A DNA stretch of 47,067 bases from a virus (lineage: Duplodnaviria > Caudoviricetes). Below, in pieces: positions 24,543-33,896 of this stretch. The translations under genes and the position numbers were made by a program. How positions within the stretch are numbered: position 1 is the stretch's first letter; the number at the start of each line of letters is the position of its first letter. The DNA lies in IMG/VR virus record IMGVR_UViG_3300005764_000026, positions 1 through 47,067 of that record. One strand, given 5' to 3'. The notes below the pieces were generated by a model that was not told the DNA's origin, did not search any database, and was given only the letters and a program-made list of their open reading frames with translations.

Positions 24543-25715
24543 CTATCCAATGAAAACGAACCGCGCCCAGAGGACGATAAGCGTTGCCGGCACCGACGGC
24601 GCGCGAACGAAGAGATTCGGCGCGCTTGCCGTCGGCCCCGATCCGCCGCCGGTCACGATGGAATTGAGATTGCGCAGCGAGTAGCCAGCGCGATAGCCGT
24701 TGCCCCAGATGGGCCCGGTGATCGGCGCGTCGCGCCGGATCATGATGAGCGCGCCGGGGACGTCGGGCACCAGCGACGACGAGACATCTTGCAGAAGCGT
24801 CGACGGCCCGACGTTGCCCTCCACGAAAAACCCGGGGACGCCGTGGTAGATCCCAGCCTCGAATCCCGTCGGCGATGCGATGCTGCACGCCGCGCACAGC
24901 GACACGCTGAGGAGCCGCGCGCTCGGCCCCATGCCTTGCGGCCAAGCGAAGACGCCATGGCCCGCCGCCGCGCCGGAGCTGTCGGCCGAGATGGCTCCGA
25001 CATCGGTCTCGAGCGTCCAGGCGGCGGTCGTAAGGTTGGTGAAGTCCTTCCCGAGGACGTCTTTGACGATGATTTGTCCGACGGGAAATCGGTAGTCGAT
25101 GATATCGAGCGTGTTGTAGAGGTTCGTCGCGCCAGCGGGAATGAGGACGGCGCACCAAGGCGCGTAGCCGATCGGCACCGACGGAATGACCGGGATTGAC
25201 GCCGGCGTACCCGTCACGACGACCTTGCCGATCGTCGACGCGCGCGCCGGCGCGACGCTGCCGGTCGTCACGGCGTCCGACGTGGCGTCCTTGAAATGCC
25301 GCGTGGTCGGCGGCGTCTCGTCGGCCATGCCGATCGCGATGCAGACGAGATCCCAGCGCGGGTTCGACGGGTCGGCCGCGGCGAATACGGTGTTCAGCTC
25401 GCCGCCGTTCAAGAGGTAGGGGAGAAATTCGGCGTCGGTGCCGCTGAAATCGCCGCTGCCGGCGACCGTCGACGTCGCGATGACCCCCGCCTTGTTCGTG
25501 ACCGAGAGGCCGGCGCCGGGATATTCGCACGTCGGCGCGCCGCCCGTCCCAAACGAAAAAACGGTGTTCACCCGATGGGCTTCGGTGTCGTCGAGCCGCG
25601 CGAGCGCCGCCCATGTGTCCCAGATCTGCGCCTTGAGATACCTGGAGATGTTGGTCAGGTCGAGATGGGAAATCTCCTCGCCTTCGAGCCATTGCATCTC
25701 GCGAAACTTGCCCAT
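24543..25715 (-). CDS. putative tail fiber/baseplate protein
   Basis: AADPSNPRWDLV...GTPA..P.IPSVP motif; follows the baseplate wedge genes. Confidence 0.55.
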   Translation of the reverse strand: MGKFREMQWLEGEEISHLDLTNISRYLKAQIWDTWAALARLDDTEAHRVNTVFSFGTGGAPTCEYPGAGLSVTNKAGVIATSTVAGSGDFSGTDAEFLPYLLNGGELNTVFAAADPSNPRWDLVCIAIGMADETPPTTRHFKDATSDAVTTGSVAPARASTIGKVVVTGTPASIPVIPSVPIGYAPWCAVLIPAGATNLYNTLDIIDYRFPVGQIIVKDVLGKDFTNLTTAAWTLETDVGAISADSSGAAAGHGVFAWPQGMGPSARLLSVSLCAACSIASPTGFEAGIYHGVPGFFVEGNVGPSTLLQDVSSSLVPDVPGALIMIRRDAPITGPIWGNGYRAGYSLRNLNSIVTGGGSGPTASAPNLFVRAPSVPATLIVLWARFVFIG

Positions 25716-26599
25716 TACGGGACCTCCCTTCGCTCGACGACATAGCGGATGCCGCCCGCCTTGCGCCGGCGCACGAGCTCGACGACCTGGTCATAGACGA
25801 TGTCGCTCGTCCCGTAGGGCAGCATGACGATGATGAGCGGCAGGGTCGAATTGCAGCGGTATCCTCGAGACGCATACGAGCGCGGCACTCCGTCGAGCAC
25901 GTTGCCCATCGAATCGAGCCGATGAAGCTTCCAGGTGACGCCGCCGTCGCCTCCGGCCGTCCCCGCGCCGGCGTATTCGACGCCGTCGCCGATAACCCCG
26001 ATGACCGGCGCCGCGGCAACGTCGTTCGCCGGGTCGGCCGCGCCCGTCGTCTCGAGCGCGCGCGCCGGCGCGGCGTAGATCGGCGTGTATGGCGTCGATG
26101 GCCACGGCAGATGCAGCGGCGTGAACGTCATATTGCCGCCGGCGACGACCGCGAAGACGCCGCCGGTCCCGGTATCCGTCGGATGCGATCCAGTGTACGC
26201 GCCATCCCGTGGGAGCTCGTCCATGGCAAAGCTCGTCGAGGCGCCGGCGGCCGTCAGGAGCGCAGTGATCGCGTCGATCAAACCCGGGCGCGTGACGCCC
26301 GGATCGGGCCACGCATGAAGGCGCGCGCGAAGGACGTCGTCGGATTCGCCGGCCTGCCGGAACGTGCCGCGCTCGCGCGCGTGCGCGTCGAGAAAGTCCG
26401 GCGACGTCGGCGTCGGCCCATCGGCAAGGAGGATCATAGTCTGCCGCGCAAGCCAGTCGGTGCCGAGGTCCTTGTACTGGGCAAAGAGCCTGGAACAGGC
26501 GTGCAGATACTCGTTCGCTCGATCGTCGTCGGCGTACCAGTCCGGTAGCGCGTTCGCCGCCCAGGCGTAGAGCTCCGCCTCTTCCTCGGCCGTCGTCAC
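25715..26599 (-). CDS. baseplate wedge protein (Mu gp48 / P2 gpI position)
   Basis: LDAHARERG..R..GESD..LRARL and C-terminal RRKAGGI; follows baseplate J. Confidence 0.6.
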   Translation of the reverse strand: MTTAEEEAELYAWAANALPDWYADDDRANEYLHACSRLFAQYKDLGTDWLARQTMILLADGPTPTSPDFLDAHARERGTFRQAGESDDVLRARLHAWPDPGVTRPGLIDAITALLTAAGASTSFAMDELPRDGAYTGSHPTDTGTGGVFAVVAGGNMTFTPLHLPWPSTPYTPIYAAPARALETTGAADPANDVAAAPVIGVIGDGVEYAGAGTAGGDGGVTWKLHRLDSMGNVLDGVPRSYASRGYRCNSTLPLIIVMLPYGTSDIVYDQVVELVRRRKAGGIRYVVERREVP

Positions 26600-27717
26600 G
26601 GAAGCGCCTCAATCGTGATCGTCCCTGGCCTTACGACCGTAGCGCTCCCCGACGGAATCGGATCCTCGGTCGGATCCACGGCGACGCCGTTGACGGTGAC
26701 CCCGAGGAGCTTCACCTGCAAAATGTCGTCTGGGTAGAGCGGTACGATCGCGCCAATGACCATGTCCTGATAGAGGAGCTCGTCGACCTTGAGCCGATTC
26801 ATGCGCGTCTTCACCGCGGCGACGAGAATGTCGGTCGTCGCGACGATGTCGAATCCCGGAGCGGTCTTGAGCCCGATGCGCAGGTCGACGAGCGCCTTTT
26901 GCCCGCCGACGACCGTCACATTGACGCCCGCGGCGCGCCAATTTTCCTCTTCGATCGTGACATCGGAGACCATCTGCGCGGTGGAATTGCCGTCGGCGTC
27001 CGAGACCATGACGGTGACGAGCCCTTGGGACGGATCCTCGGATACCGTCGCGACGCGGACGCTCGGGACGGTCAGCGCGCCTTGGATGAGCGCGCCCGTC
27101 GTGCCGCGCCGGAGCGTCTGCCACCAACTCCGCGCGCGCGCGCGGAGTTGCGCGTCGGTCTCCTCGTCATTGCCGCCGCCGGCGGCCGCCGGGTTCGTGA
27201 CCGCAAATGTCAGATCGAAAAGCACCGCGCCGATGTTGACGAGCGTCCCGGCGGCGACGTTCCCGGCCGGCCCCGGCGCCTGCGCGGTCGCCGAGACGAG
27301 GAATGGGCCGTTCGAGCTCGGCGGAATGACGAGATCGACGTCGGTCAGAAACGTGACAGAAGTCGAATCCGCGCCGATGTTGGTCGCGACCGGCGTTGCC
27401 GCAGGAATCGTGCCGCCGGCGCCGCTCGAGGTGCGGGTAAATTGGAGCATTGCCTGCGCGGCAGTCGCCGGGTTTCGCTGGATGTTCAGATGGTCATTGA
27501 CAAGCTGCGTGAGCGCGTCGCCTTCGGCCTGGTCGATGAACGTATTGGCAAAGAGCTGGACGAGGAAGCCGATGACGAGATCGCCCATGGTCGCCGCGGC
27601 GTGCAGGTCGGCGACGGTGACGTCGCCTTCGCGGAGCTCGAGGTCCGGCCGGCGAAACTGCATCTCCGCCTTGCCGGTTGCGATCATGTCGTTGAAGGAC
27701 GGCGCGACGAGTGCCAT
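26596..27717 (-). CDS. baseplate J / Mu gp47-like protein
   Basis: AEGDAL, G.AGNV.AG, GGGNDEETDAQLRAR, RGT. Confidence 0.85.
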   Translation of the reverse strand: MALVAPSFNDMIATGKAEMQFRRPDLELREGDVTVADLHAAATMGDLVIGFLVQLFANTFIDQAEGDALTQLVNDHLNIQRNPATAAQAMLQFTRTSSGAGGTIPAATPVATNIGADSTSVTFLTDVDLVIPPSSNGPFLVSATAQAPGPAGNVAAGTLVNIGAVLFDLTFAVTNPAAAGGGNDEETDAQLRARARSWWQTLRRGTTGALIQGALTVPSVRVATVSEDPSQGLVTVMVSDADGNSTAQMVSDVTIEEENWRAAGVNVTVVGGQKALVDLRIGLKTAPGFDIVATTDILVAAVKTRMNRLKVDELLYQDMVIGAIVPLYPDDILQVKLLGVTVNGVAVDPTEDPIPSGSATVVRPGTITIEALP

Positions 27718-27726
27718 GGCGCGACC

Positions 27727-28257
27727 TCACGTGATTCCGACGACGAGCGTCTGGGCCTGGTTTTTGAGCGCCTGGTAGCGCGACAGGTACGTGATATTGA
27801 GGATGATCTCGTCTGGGTGATACTCGACGGTGACCGAGAGCACGCGGAGGATGCGGTCGTCGCGGAGGAGCTGGGCGCGAACGCGATTCGCGAGCTCGTC
27901 GCCGGACGCTTTGGTGTTCGTCGCGCCGACGTAGAGGCCTGCGCCGACGCCGTATTGTGGAACGGTGCGCCAGGTTCCCGGGTCGGTAACGATCCGCCGA
28001 AGAATGGATTGCCGGAGCGCCTCCTCGGCCTGGACGAGGCGCCAATCGCCGGTCCCGGCGACCATGCGATCGGACATGGCGCGCACGTCGATGTCGCTCC
28101 GCGCCGCGGGGACGCCGAGCGGCTCGGGCGGCAGAACGTCGAGCCAGATGTCCACTCCGCGCGGCGAGCCGCCGACGCCGATGCCGACCGGCGGCGGCGT
28201 GACCGGGGGCGGCCCTCCTCCTCCGGCAGGCTCGATCCAGAGCGGCGGGAAGCCCAC
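27727..28257 (-). CDS. baseplate wedge initiator (gp25/W/gp46-like)
   Basis: ALRQSILRRIVT.PG...PQYG...LLRDDRI. Confidence 0.7.
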   Translation of the reverse strand: MGFPPLWIEPAGGGGPPPVTPPPVGIGVGGSPRGVDIWLDVLPPEPLGVPAARSDIDVRAMSDRMVAGTGDWRLVQAEEALRQSILRRIVTDPGTWRTVPQYGVGAGLYVGATNTKASGDELANRVRAQLLRDDRILRVLSVTVEYHPDEIILNITYLSRYQALKNQAQTLVVGIT

Positions 28258-28893
28258 CTATTTGGTCCCCATGAGTGCTTGCCAGACGTCAGCAGCGCGC
28301 GGCCCGACCTCGTCGTAGCTTGCCGGCATCGGGCACGCGCACGCGGCGACGACCTCCTCGGGAAGGATGATCTTCGCGTCATGGAGCTCGGCCTCGAGCG
28401 CGGCGCGGCGCGCGGGATCCGCGGCCATGCGCTCGATCCGCTTTCTCCGGTCGGCCTGAAGATCCTCGGACGGGACTGGCCACGTCGTGTCGTCGACGAG
28501 CTCGACGCCGACCGAGCGCAGGAACGTGACGATAAACGTCGCGCAGGTAAGGCCCGTGCAACCGGGTCCCCACTGGATCGATCCGTCCTCGGCGAAGTGC
28601 GTGCCCCGGGACGCGATACCCCAGGGCAGGCCGCCGGCCTCGTATCGATCGAGAATGCGCTCGAGTAGGACGATCGCGTCGGTCGTCGTCTTGGCGTCGA
28701 TCGGCGGCACGATCCAATGCGAGCCAGCGAGATGATGCCGGACGCGGAGATTGAGCGGCGTGGGCCGCACGTGCGCGCCGTTGATATAGACGCCGCATTG
28801 CAGGTCGCCATAGGCGCCGCGAGAGACTGTGACCGCGAGATGGTCGTAGGGCACGTGCCGGGACGGCGGCGCGAGCCAATCGAGGGTCATCAT
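28258..28893 (-). CDS. putative permuted papain-like (NlpC/P60-type) enzyme
   Basis: HHLA upstream of IPW-like LPWG and GLTCATF; start trimmed to MMTLDW. Confidence 0.4.
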   Translation of the reverse strand: MMTLDWLAPPSRHVPYDHLAVTVSRGAYGDLQCGVYINGAHVRPTPLNLRVRHHLAGSHWIVPPIDAKTTTDAIVLLERILDRYEAGGLPWGIASRGTHFAEDGSIQWGPGCTGLTCATFIVTFLRSVGVELVDDTTWPVPSEDLQADRRKRIERMAADPARRAALEAELHDAKIILPEEVVAACACPMPASYDEVGPRAADVWQALMGTK

Positions 28894-29894
28894 GAGACCT
28901 CCCGAACTTCGTAGTAGGCGGCCCAGTGGATCGTCGTCGACGCCGCGCCGGTCGCCTGGATGTTGATCACGCCGCCGGCCGAGATCGTGAACGTGGCGTC
29001 CCATGCGGTCGCGCCGCTTTCCTCGACCGACGTGACGGTGACGGAACCAATCAGCGTCGCGACGCCGCCGCTCACGCGGTAGCTGCCGACGATGTTGTAG
29101 CTCGCGCCGACGCTGCCGTCCGACTTGCGCGCAACGACGTACGCGCGAATGTAATCGACGGTGTTGGCGTTCAGAGAGATGGAGACGATGTTCGTCGGCG
29201 TCGCGTTCGTCGTCGTCAAGAGCGATTTGCCGGCCTTCGTCGCGTCGACGTGACCCGGCGACGAGAGTGACGCCGCCGAGAAGGTGCCGAGAGACGTGAT
29301 TCCTGTCGACGCCTGGACATTCTGGAAATAGACCGTGCCGATCGCGGTGAAGTCGGCCGAGTTGAAGACGACGAGATCGTAGAGAAGGGTCTTGCCGTCC
29401 TGTACCCAGAGCGCGATCGAGTTGTCGATGACCGCACCCGGGCCGGCGAGCGGCGGTCCTTCAATTGCGACGGTCGCCGCTTGCTCGATCTCGCAGCCCT
29501 TGCCGGGCAGGTCCGAATCGTAGGTCGGCTGGCGAATGACGACGGCGCGCTGGGTCGTCAGCGGCGTGACGTTGAACTTGACGGTGCGGTTGAGATTGAA
29601 GAGCACGTCGAGCGTCTCGCCCGGCGAGTTGATATGCGCGCCGGCGTCGACCTGAAACGCCGCCGGTTGCGCGGCCGCGCCGTCCGCGCCGATTTCGGCG
29701 ACGTGCAGCACGGCATCGGGCGGCAGGAGACTGCCCGGGCCAACGCGCATGCGCTTGGTGGACGTGTCCCAGGTGAGCGCGGTCTCGCCCTGCACGATCG
29801 TCGGCGATTTGCTGTAGCCGGTCACCGTGTACGGGACTTGCCCGGGCGCGAGCGTTCCGGTGATCCCGCCTCCCTGTCGATGTCGGATGCTCAT
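28890..29894 (-). CDS. putative tail fiber-like structural protein
   Basis: Beta-rich Thr/Ser/Gly composition; ATGA coupling; start MSIRHRQ. Confidence 0.5.
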   Translation of the reverse strand: MSIRHRQGGGITGTLAPGQVPYTVTGYSKSPTIVQGETALTWDTSTKRMRVGPGSLLPPDAVLHVAEIGADGAAAQPAAFQVDAGAHINSPGETLDVLFNLNRTVKFNVTPLTTQRAVVIRQPTYDSDLPGKGCEIEQAATVAIEGPPLAGPGAVIDNSIALWVQDGKTLLYDLVVFNSADFTAIGTVYFQNVQASTGITSLGTFSAASLSSPGHVDATKAGKSLLTTTNATPTNIVSISLNANTVDYIRAYVVARKSDGSVGASYNIVGSYRVSGGVATLIGSVTVTSVEESGATAWDATFTISAGGVINIQATGAASTTIHWAAYYEVREVS

Positions 29895-30361
29895 GTGAAC
29901 TCCGAGACGCGCGCGACGCCGGCGGCAGATGCGAAGATGCCGCGCACCTCGCCGGTGTAGTTGAAATCGGCGGCGTAGGTCTCGCCGGGATCGACGTAGT
30001 CGCTCCAATTCGTCGCCGTCGCCGCGGTCGGGTCGAGCCGGAGATAGAGGCGCGCGCCCGCGCTCCCGGCCGCGTCGTTCGAAATGAGAAATCCTTTGCG
30101 GTTGGCGTTCGCGGCGAGGAGCGTTTGGCTGGCGCCGGAGGCGACGACGTTGTTCTGGCTAACCAGCGTCGACACCGTCGGCACAAGGCGCACCGCGAGC
30201 GCGTAGTCGGTCGACGCCGGCGGCGCATTCGCGACCTTGGCGACGGCGCCGAGGGTTGCGCCGCAGATCTCCATGCGCTGCCGCTTGACGGAGCCAATGA
30301 GCTCGGCGTCGACGAGGTCGCCGCCGGTGCCAGGATTGAGCGTAATCGACGTATCGGACAT
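29891..30361 (-). CDS. putative virion protein
   Basis: LLAANANRKGFLISN motif; start MSDTSIT. Confidence 0.5.
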   Translation of the reverse strand: MSDTSITLNPGTGGDLVDAELIGSVKRQRMEICGATLGAVAKVANAPPASTDYALAVRLVPTVSTLVSQNNVVASGASQTLLAANANRKGFLISNDAAGSAGARLYLRLDPTAATATNWSDYVDPGETYAADFNYTGEVRGIFASAAGVARVSEFT

Positions 30362-30371
30362 GCGCGCTCCC

Positions 30372-30590
30372 CTAGGTGATGCAGCCTGGCAAGCCCGTGC
30401 CGATGGCGACGGACGCACCGCTCGCGACGCCGGGGACATCGACTGTCACTTCGGCGTGCAGGTTGATATACGTGACGATCGCGTTGCCGAACGCGCGAAA
30501 GACGCGCTCGCGGTCGGAGCGCTCGTTCTCCGGGATATCGGCGATCGCCGCGCGGATCGCATCGCCGAGGTCGGCGCCGTTCATGCTCAT
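30372..30590 (-). CDS. small baseplate/spike-associated protein
   Basis: 72 aa coupled to the spike gene. Confidence 0.5.
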   Translation of the reverse strand: MSMNGADLGDAIRAAIADIPENERSDRERVFRAFGNAIVTYINLHAEVTVDVPGVASGASVAIGTGLPGCIT

Positions 30591-31147
30591 TGCTGCACCT
30601 TGACGATCGAGCTCGTGTTCCCGAGCGCGAAGTACGGCGAGCCGGTGAAGGTGTCAATCGCGCGGCCGACGACGACGCCGTCCTCCGCGTCGACGATCTG
30701 CTCGGGGTTTGCCGCGAGGACGATCTTCGGCGCGTGAATCTCGACGGTGCCCGTCGCGACAATGACCGTGCGCGTCTCGTCGATGCGCGACGGCGCGGCG
30801 TTCGAGGCATAGCCGCCGATGATCGTCGGCTGGAAGTCGACGGCGCCGGCCGGCAGCGCGACGACGACGTGCGTCCCGACGGGCGGGATCGACCAGATGC
30901 CCGAGCCGGCGCCGCCGCCCGGGACCGCGAGCGCGCACGATAGATCCTGTTTGTCGGGGACGGTCAGGACCTCGACCAGGATCTCGGTTACCGTGTCGCC
31001 GTCCTTGATCACGCGGTAGTGGCTTGCCGCGTCCGGCGGCTTCCAGACGAGGCCTTTGGCGATCCACATCCGACCGTCCTCGAGCGCTTCGCGGAGCGGA
31101 TTTAGGTCCGCGTAGGCCGCACCGAGTGAAAAGCGTCCGCGCTTCAT
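30587..31147 (-). CDS. baseplate spike (gpV/gp45-like)
   Basis: GIWSIPPVGTHVVVALPAG...PTIIG OB-fold signature. Confidence 0.7.
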   Translation of the reverse strand: MKRGRFSLGAAYADLNPLREALEDGRMWIAKGLVWKPPDAASHYRVIKDGDTVTEILVEVLTVPDKQDLSCALAVPGGGAGSGIWSIPPVGTHVVVALPAGAVDFQPTIIGGYASNAAPSRIDETRTVIVATGTVEIHAPKIVLAANPEQIVDAEDGVVVGRAIDTFTGSPYFALGNTSSIVKVQQ

Positions 31148-32769
31148 TGGCCAATGAGCTTTCCACCGAGCGCCCTTTTCATGGCCCCGATGATCGTGTT
31201 GGTGGTCTCGTTCACGGCGCTCGCGACGGCGGCGATCGCGCCGGTCTGCATGTAGCTTTCGAGCTGGAGCTCGATCGCGATGCCCTTGTCGCCAGAATAG
31301 CGGTACGAACCCTCCTTGATTCGCAGCGGCCGCCGGAGCATGCGGATCTTGTCGTGGTAGCGCACGAGCATGCGCGCGACCTCGGGCTTGTAGCCTCGCC
31401 GCGTGAGATACGCGATGCGCGTCTCGGGGGGGATGTTGTCATTGCCGATGTATTCGGCATTGTAGTCGCGGAAATCGATGGAGACCGCGTCGCCGCTGTT
31501 CAGCGTCAAGAGGTCGCCATCGGGATCCGTCAGCGATTCACGGAAATCGCGAAGGTGCTGCGTCTTCAGGACGACCTTGCGCGTCCCGTGGGACAGCAGG
31601 CGAAAGCGGACCTCGGCCATGTCGGCGAGGACCTTCGGATCGGCGATGTTTCCGGCCGGGATGATCTCGTACTCGTCGCGCTCGTGAACCTTGAGTGCCT
31701 TGAGCTTCGGTTTTTTCTTCGCCGGCGTCGTCTGCGTCTTGATTCGAGTGACGTGCTTCGCCTTTTTCGCGCCGGCAGTTTGTTGGAGCTTCAAGCTCGC
31801 CTTGTTTTGGCGCGCCGGCGGGTACTGGACTTCAACGATCTTCCCGTCCATGCGGACGCCGCGCATGACGACGGTCGGCGTCGTCAATCGGCCCATGCGA
31901 CGCGTGAGATCGAGCGATTCGATGTTCGCACCCCATCCGAAGCGCCGGATCCTGGGGTAGTCGATCTGATCGAGGTTATGCGGCGCCGAGAGGACGACCG
32001 TCGTCCCCCGCACGTAGATGATCATGCCGCACCGGAGCGCGAGCTTGTACATGACGTCCCAGTAGCTCGTTTTTTGCTCGATCGGGATGCCGCGCGCCTC
32101 GGCGTTCACCTGTGGCGTCACCGTCGGGATTTTTTTGACGTTGTCGTCGATGTGCAGTGTCAGGATCTTCAGTGGATCGGCCATGGTGATGATCTCGCGG
32201 AGGGTCACGTCGAGCGGCTTGCCGACGGGAATCCGGCGCGCCGTCTTTTGGTCCGTCGGTGGCCACTGCCGGCCGGCAAGATAGGCGGTGTAATCCTGGC
32301 CGCGAACCGTGACGAACTTTCCCTGCGCGGAGAGTTGCAGTTGCGGCTCGTCGATGAGACCCGCGATGCGCAGTTGCGGCTTGTCGGCGCCGGCGAATCC
32401 GTCGTCGTCGGGTCGCACGATCGCGAACGAGCCCTTGTCGAGGCTCGGCGTCTGGTAGAGGTAGAGCGACACGGCGGCGGCGCGAATGTCGTCGGGATCG
32501 ATCGGCAGATCCGCAGCGTCGAACGTGAGGTCGTAGCTATCCGCCTTGGAGTACGAGTTGAAATGGATCGTCGCCTCCTTGGGGATGATCGGGATGTCGA
32601 TCTGCTCGTCGCCGTGCGGCGTCTTCTCCTCCTCGTCGTCCTCGTCCTCGGTGGTTCGGTCGGCGCGCTCGAGCGCGAGCGTATCGCTGTCGCCGTGCCC
32701 GCCGTCGAGGAGGAGCGACAGGACCGCGTAGCAGCGCGGATAGTAGATGCGGACGCCGGTCGCGCTCAT
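31144..32769 (-). CDS. baseplate hub (Mu gp44 / P2 gpD-like)
   Basis: VRGQDYTAYL, SYWDVMYKLA..G; position between the LysM and spike genes; start MSATGVR. Confidence 0.65.
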   Translation of the reverse strand: MSATGVRIYYPRCYAVLSLLLDGGHGDSDTLALERADRTTEDEDDEEEKTPHGDEQIDIPIIPKEATIHFNSYSKADSYDLTFDAADLPIDPDDIRAAAVSLYLYQTPSLDKGSFAIVRPDDDGFAGADKPQLRIAGLIDEPQLQLSAQGKFVTVRGQDYTAYLAGRQWPPTDQKTARRIPVGKPLDVTLREIITMADPLKILTLHIDDNVKKIPTVTPQVNAEARGIPIEQKTSYWDVMYKLALRCGMIIYVRGTTVVLSAPHNLDQIDYPRIRRFGWGANIESLDLTRRMGRLTTPTVVMRGVRMDGKIVEVQYPPARQNKASLKLQQTAGAKKAKHVTRIKTQTTPAKKKPKLKALKVHERDEYEIIPAGNIADPKVLADMAEVRFRLLSHGTRKVVLKTQHLRDFRESLTDPDGDLLTLNSGDAVSIDFRDYNAEYIGNDNIPPETRIAYLTRRGYKPEVARMLVRYHDKIRMLRRPLRIKEGSYRYSGDKGIAIELQLESYMQTGAIAAVASAVNETTNTIIGAMKRALGGKLIGQ

Positions 32770-33896
32770 GAGAGCACCAAAGGCGGAAGGACGAGCGTGG
32801 TCCCGTCGGTCAAGACCGGTGACGACAGGTGGTTTTGGTTGGCGATGAACGTCCAGCTCATCGGGTCGCCGTAGAACCGCTGCGCGATCGCGTAGAGGCT
32901 TTCGCCGGCCGCGGCCTGGTAGGTGCGCGACGGCGTCGGCGCCGAGCGGCCTTTCATGGCTTGCCAACCTGCGTTCGCTTCGCCCATGACCATGCGCGCA
33001 TTGTTTCGCGTGAACCGCGACCACTTCTCAGTGGCGAAGAAATTGTCGACGCTGAGATAGCCAAGGACGAGATCGGTGCGGACATCGGCCATTGCGTCGC
33101 AGAGGTCGGACGCGTGCGATTCGACCTCGCGAAACTGCGTCTCAAGCCGGCGCCATTGGTTGACGGTCGGCAGGTAGCGCCCGAGCTTATCGACCCCGGG
33201 CGCATTCGCGACCGTCCCGGCGGCAGCGTTTCGCGCGTCGGCAAGAGACGTCAACGCCGTGTCGATGCGATTGGCGAGGTCGTCGTAAAACGAGTTTCGC
33301 GGCATCGTGTCCTGTGCGTCGACGACCGGGCCGAGCCAGCGGTCGAGCGCGGCGAGCGCCTCCTCTTGCGTCGATTCGCCGCCCGGCCCGGCGTGCGGCG
33401 TCGTGAATTCGCCGACGGCCCATCGCGCATCGTCGAGCCGCGCATGGACTGAGACCGTGAACTTGTACTCGATCTCCGCCTCATGCCTGTAGTTGAACGT
33501 CCAGTCGACGACCAATCCTTCGTACTTCTGCCGCTGATATGAGAAGTGGATCAAGTTCCCGCGTTGACACATCTCCTCGAAGCGGCGCATTTCTGAGACC
33601 GCATAGCCGGGCATGTTGTAGCGGTCCCAGAAGCAACCGCTGAACGTGAAGTCCTTCGAGCTCGAGCCGAGGACCTGCTCGGACGGGACGAGCGCGCCGG
33701 GGTACTCGGTGCGCGAGCGCGTGAGCTGTCCGCCCATTTCCCATGAGCCTTGCGGACAGGCTTTCGCGCCGCCCATCGTCGAGCTCGTGATCGGGTCGGC
33801 GGTCCAATCGAAGCGCGCAGCCTCCTGCACGTCGGTCGATAGGATGGCCGTCGACGTGCCGACTTGTTCCTCGATCGTGAAGACGCCTTGCGCCAT
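32766..33896 (-). CDS. tail tube initiator with C-terminal LysM domain
   Basis: YPG...EQVLG N-terminal motif; GESLYAIAQRFYGDP..W..IA..N LysM. Confidence 0.75.
   Translation of the reverse strand: MAQGVFTIEEQVGTSTAILSTDVQEAARFDWTADPITSSTMGGAKACPQGSWEMGGQLTRSRTEYPGALVPSEQVLGSSSKDFTFSGCFWDRYNMPGYAVSEMRRFEEMCQRGNLIHFSYQRQKYEGLVVDWTFNYRHEAEIEYKFTVSVHARLDDARWAVGEFTTPHAGPGGESTQEEALAALDRWLGPVVDAQDTMPRNSFYDDLANRIDTALTSLADARNAAAGTVANAPGVDKLGRYLPTVNQWRRLETQFREVESHASDLCDAMADVRTDLVLGYLSVDNFFATEKWSRFTRNNARMVMGEANAGWQAMKGRSAPTPSRTYQAAAGESLYAIAQRFYGDPMSWTFIANQNHLSSPVLTDGTTLVLPPLVLS

Noticed and set aside
23803-32874. Long alternative-frame and antisense ORFs (e.g. 23803-26019, 26899-28668, 31024-32874)
   Set aside because: Arg/Ala-rich shadow ORFs of high-GC coding DNA overlapping well-supported structural genes
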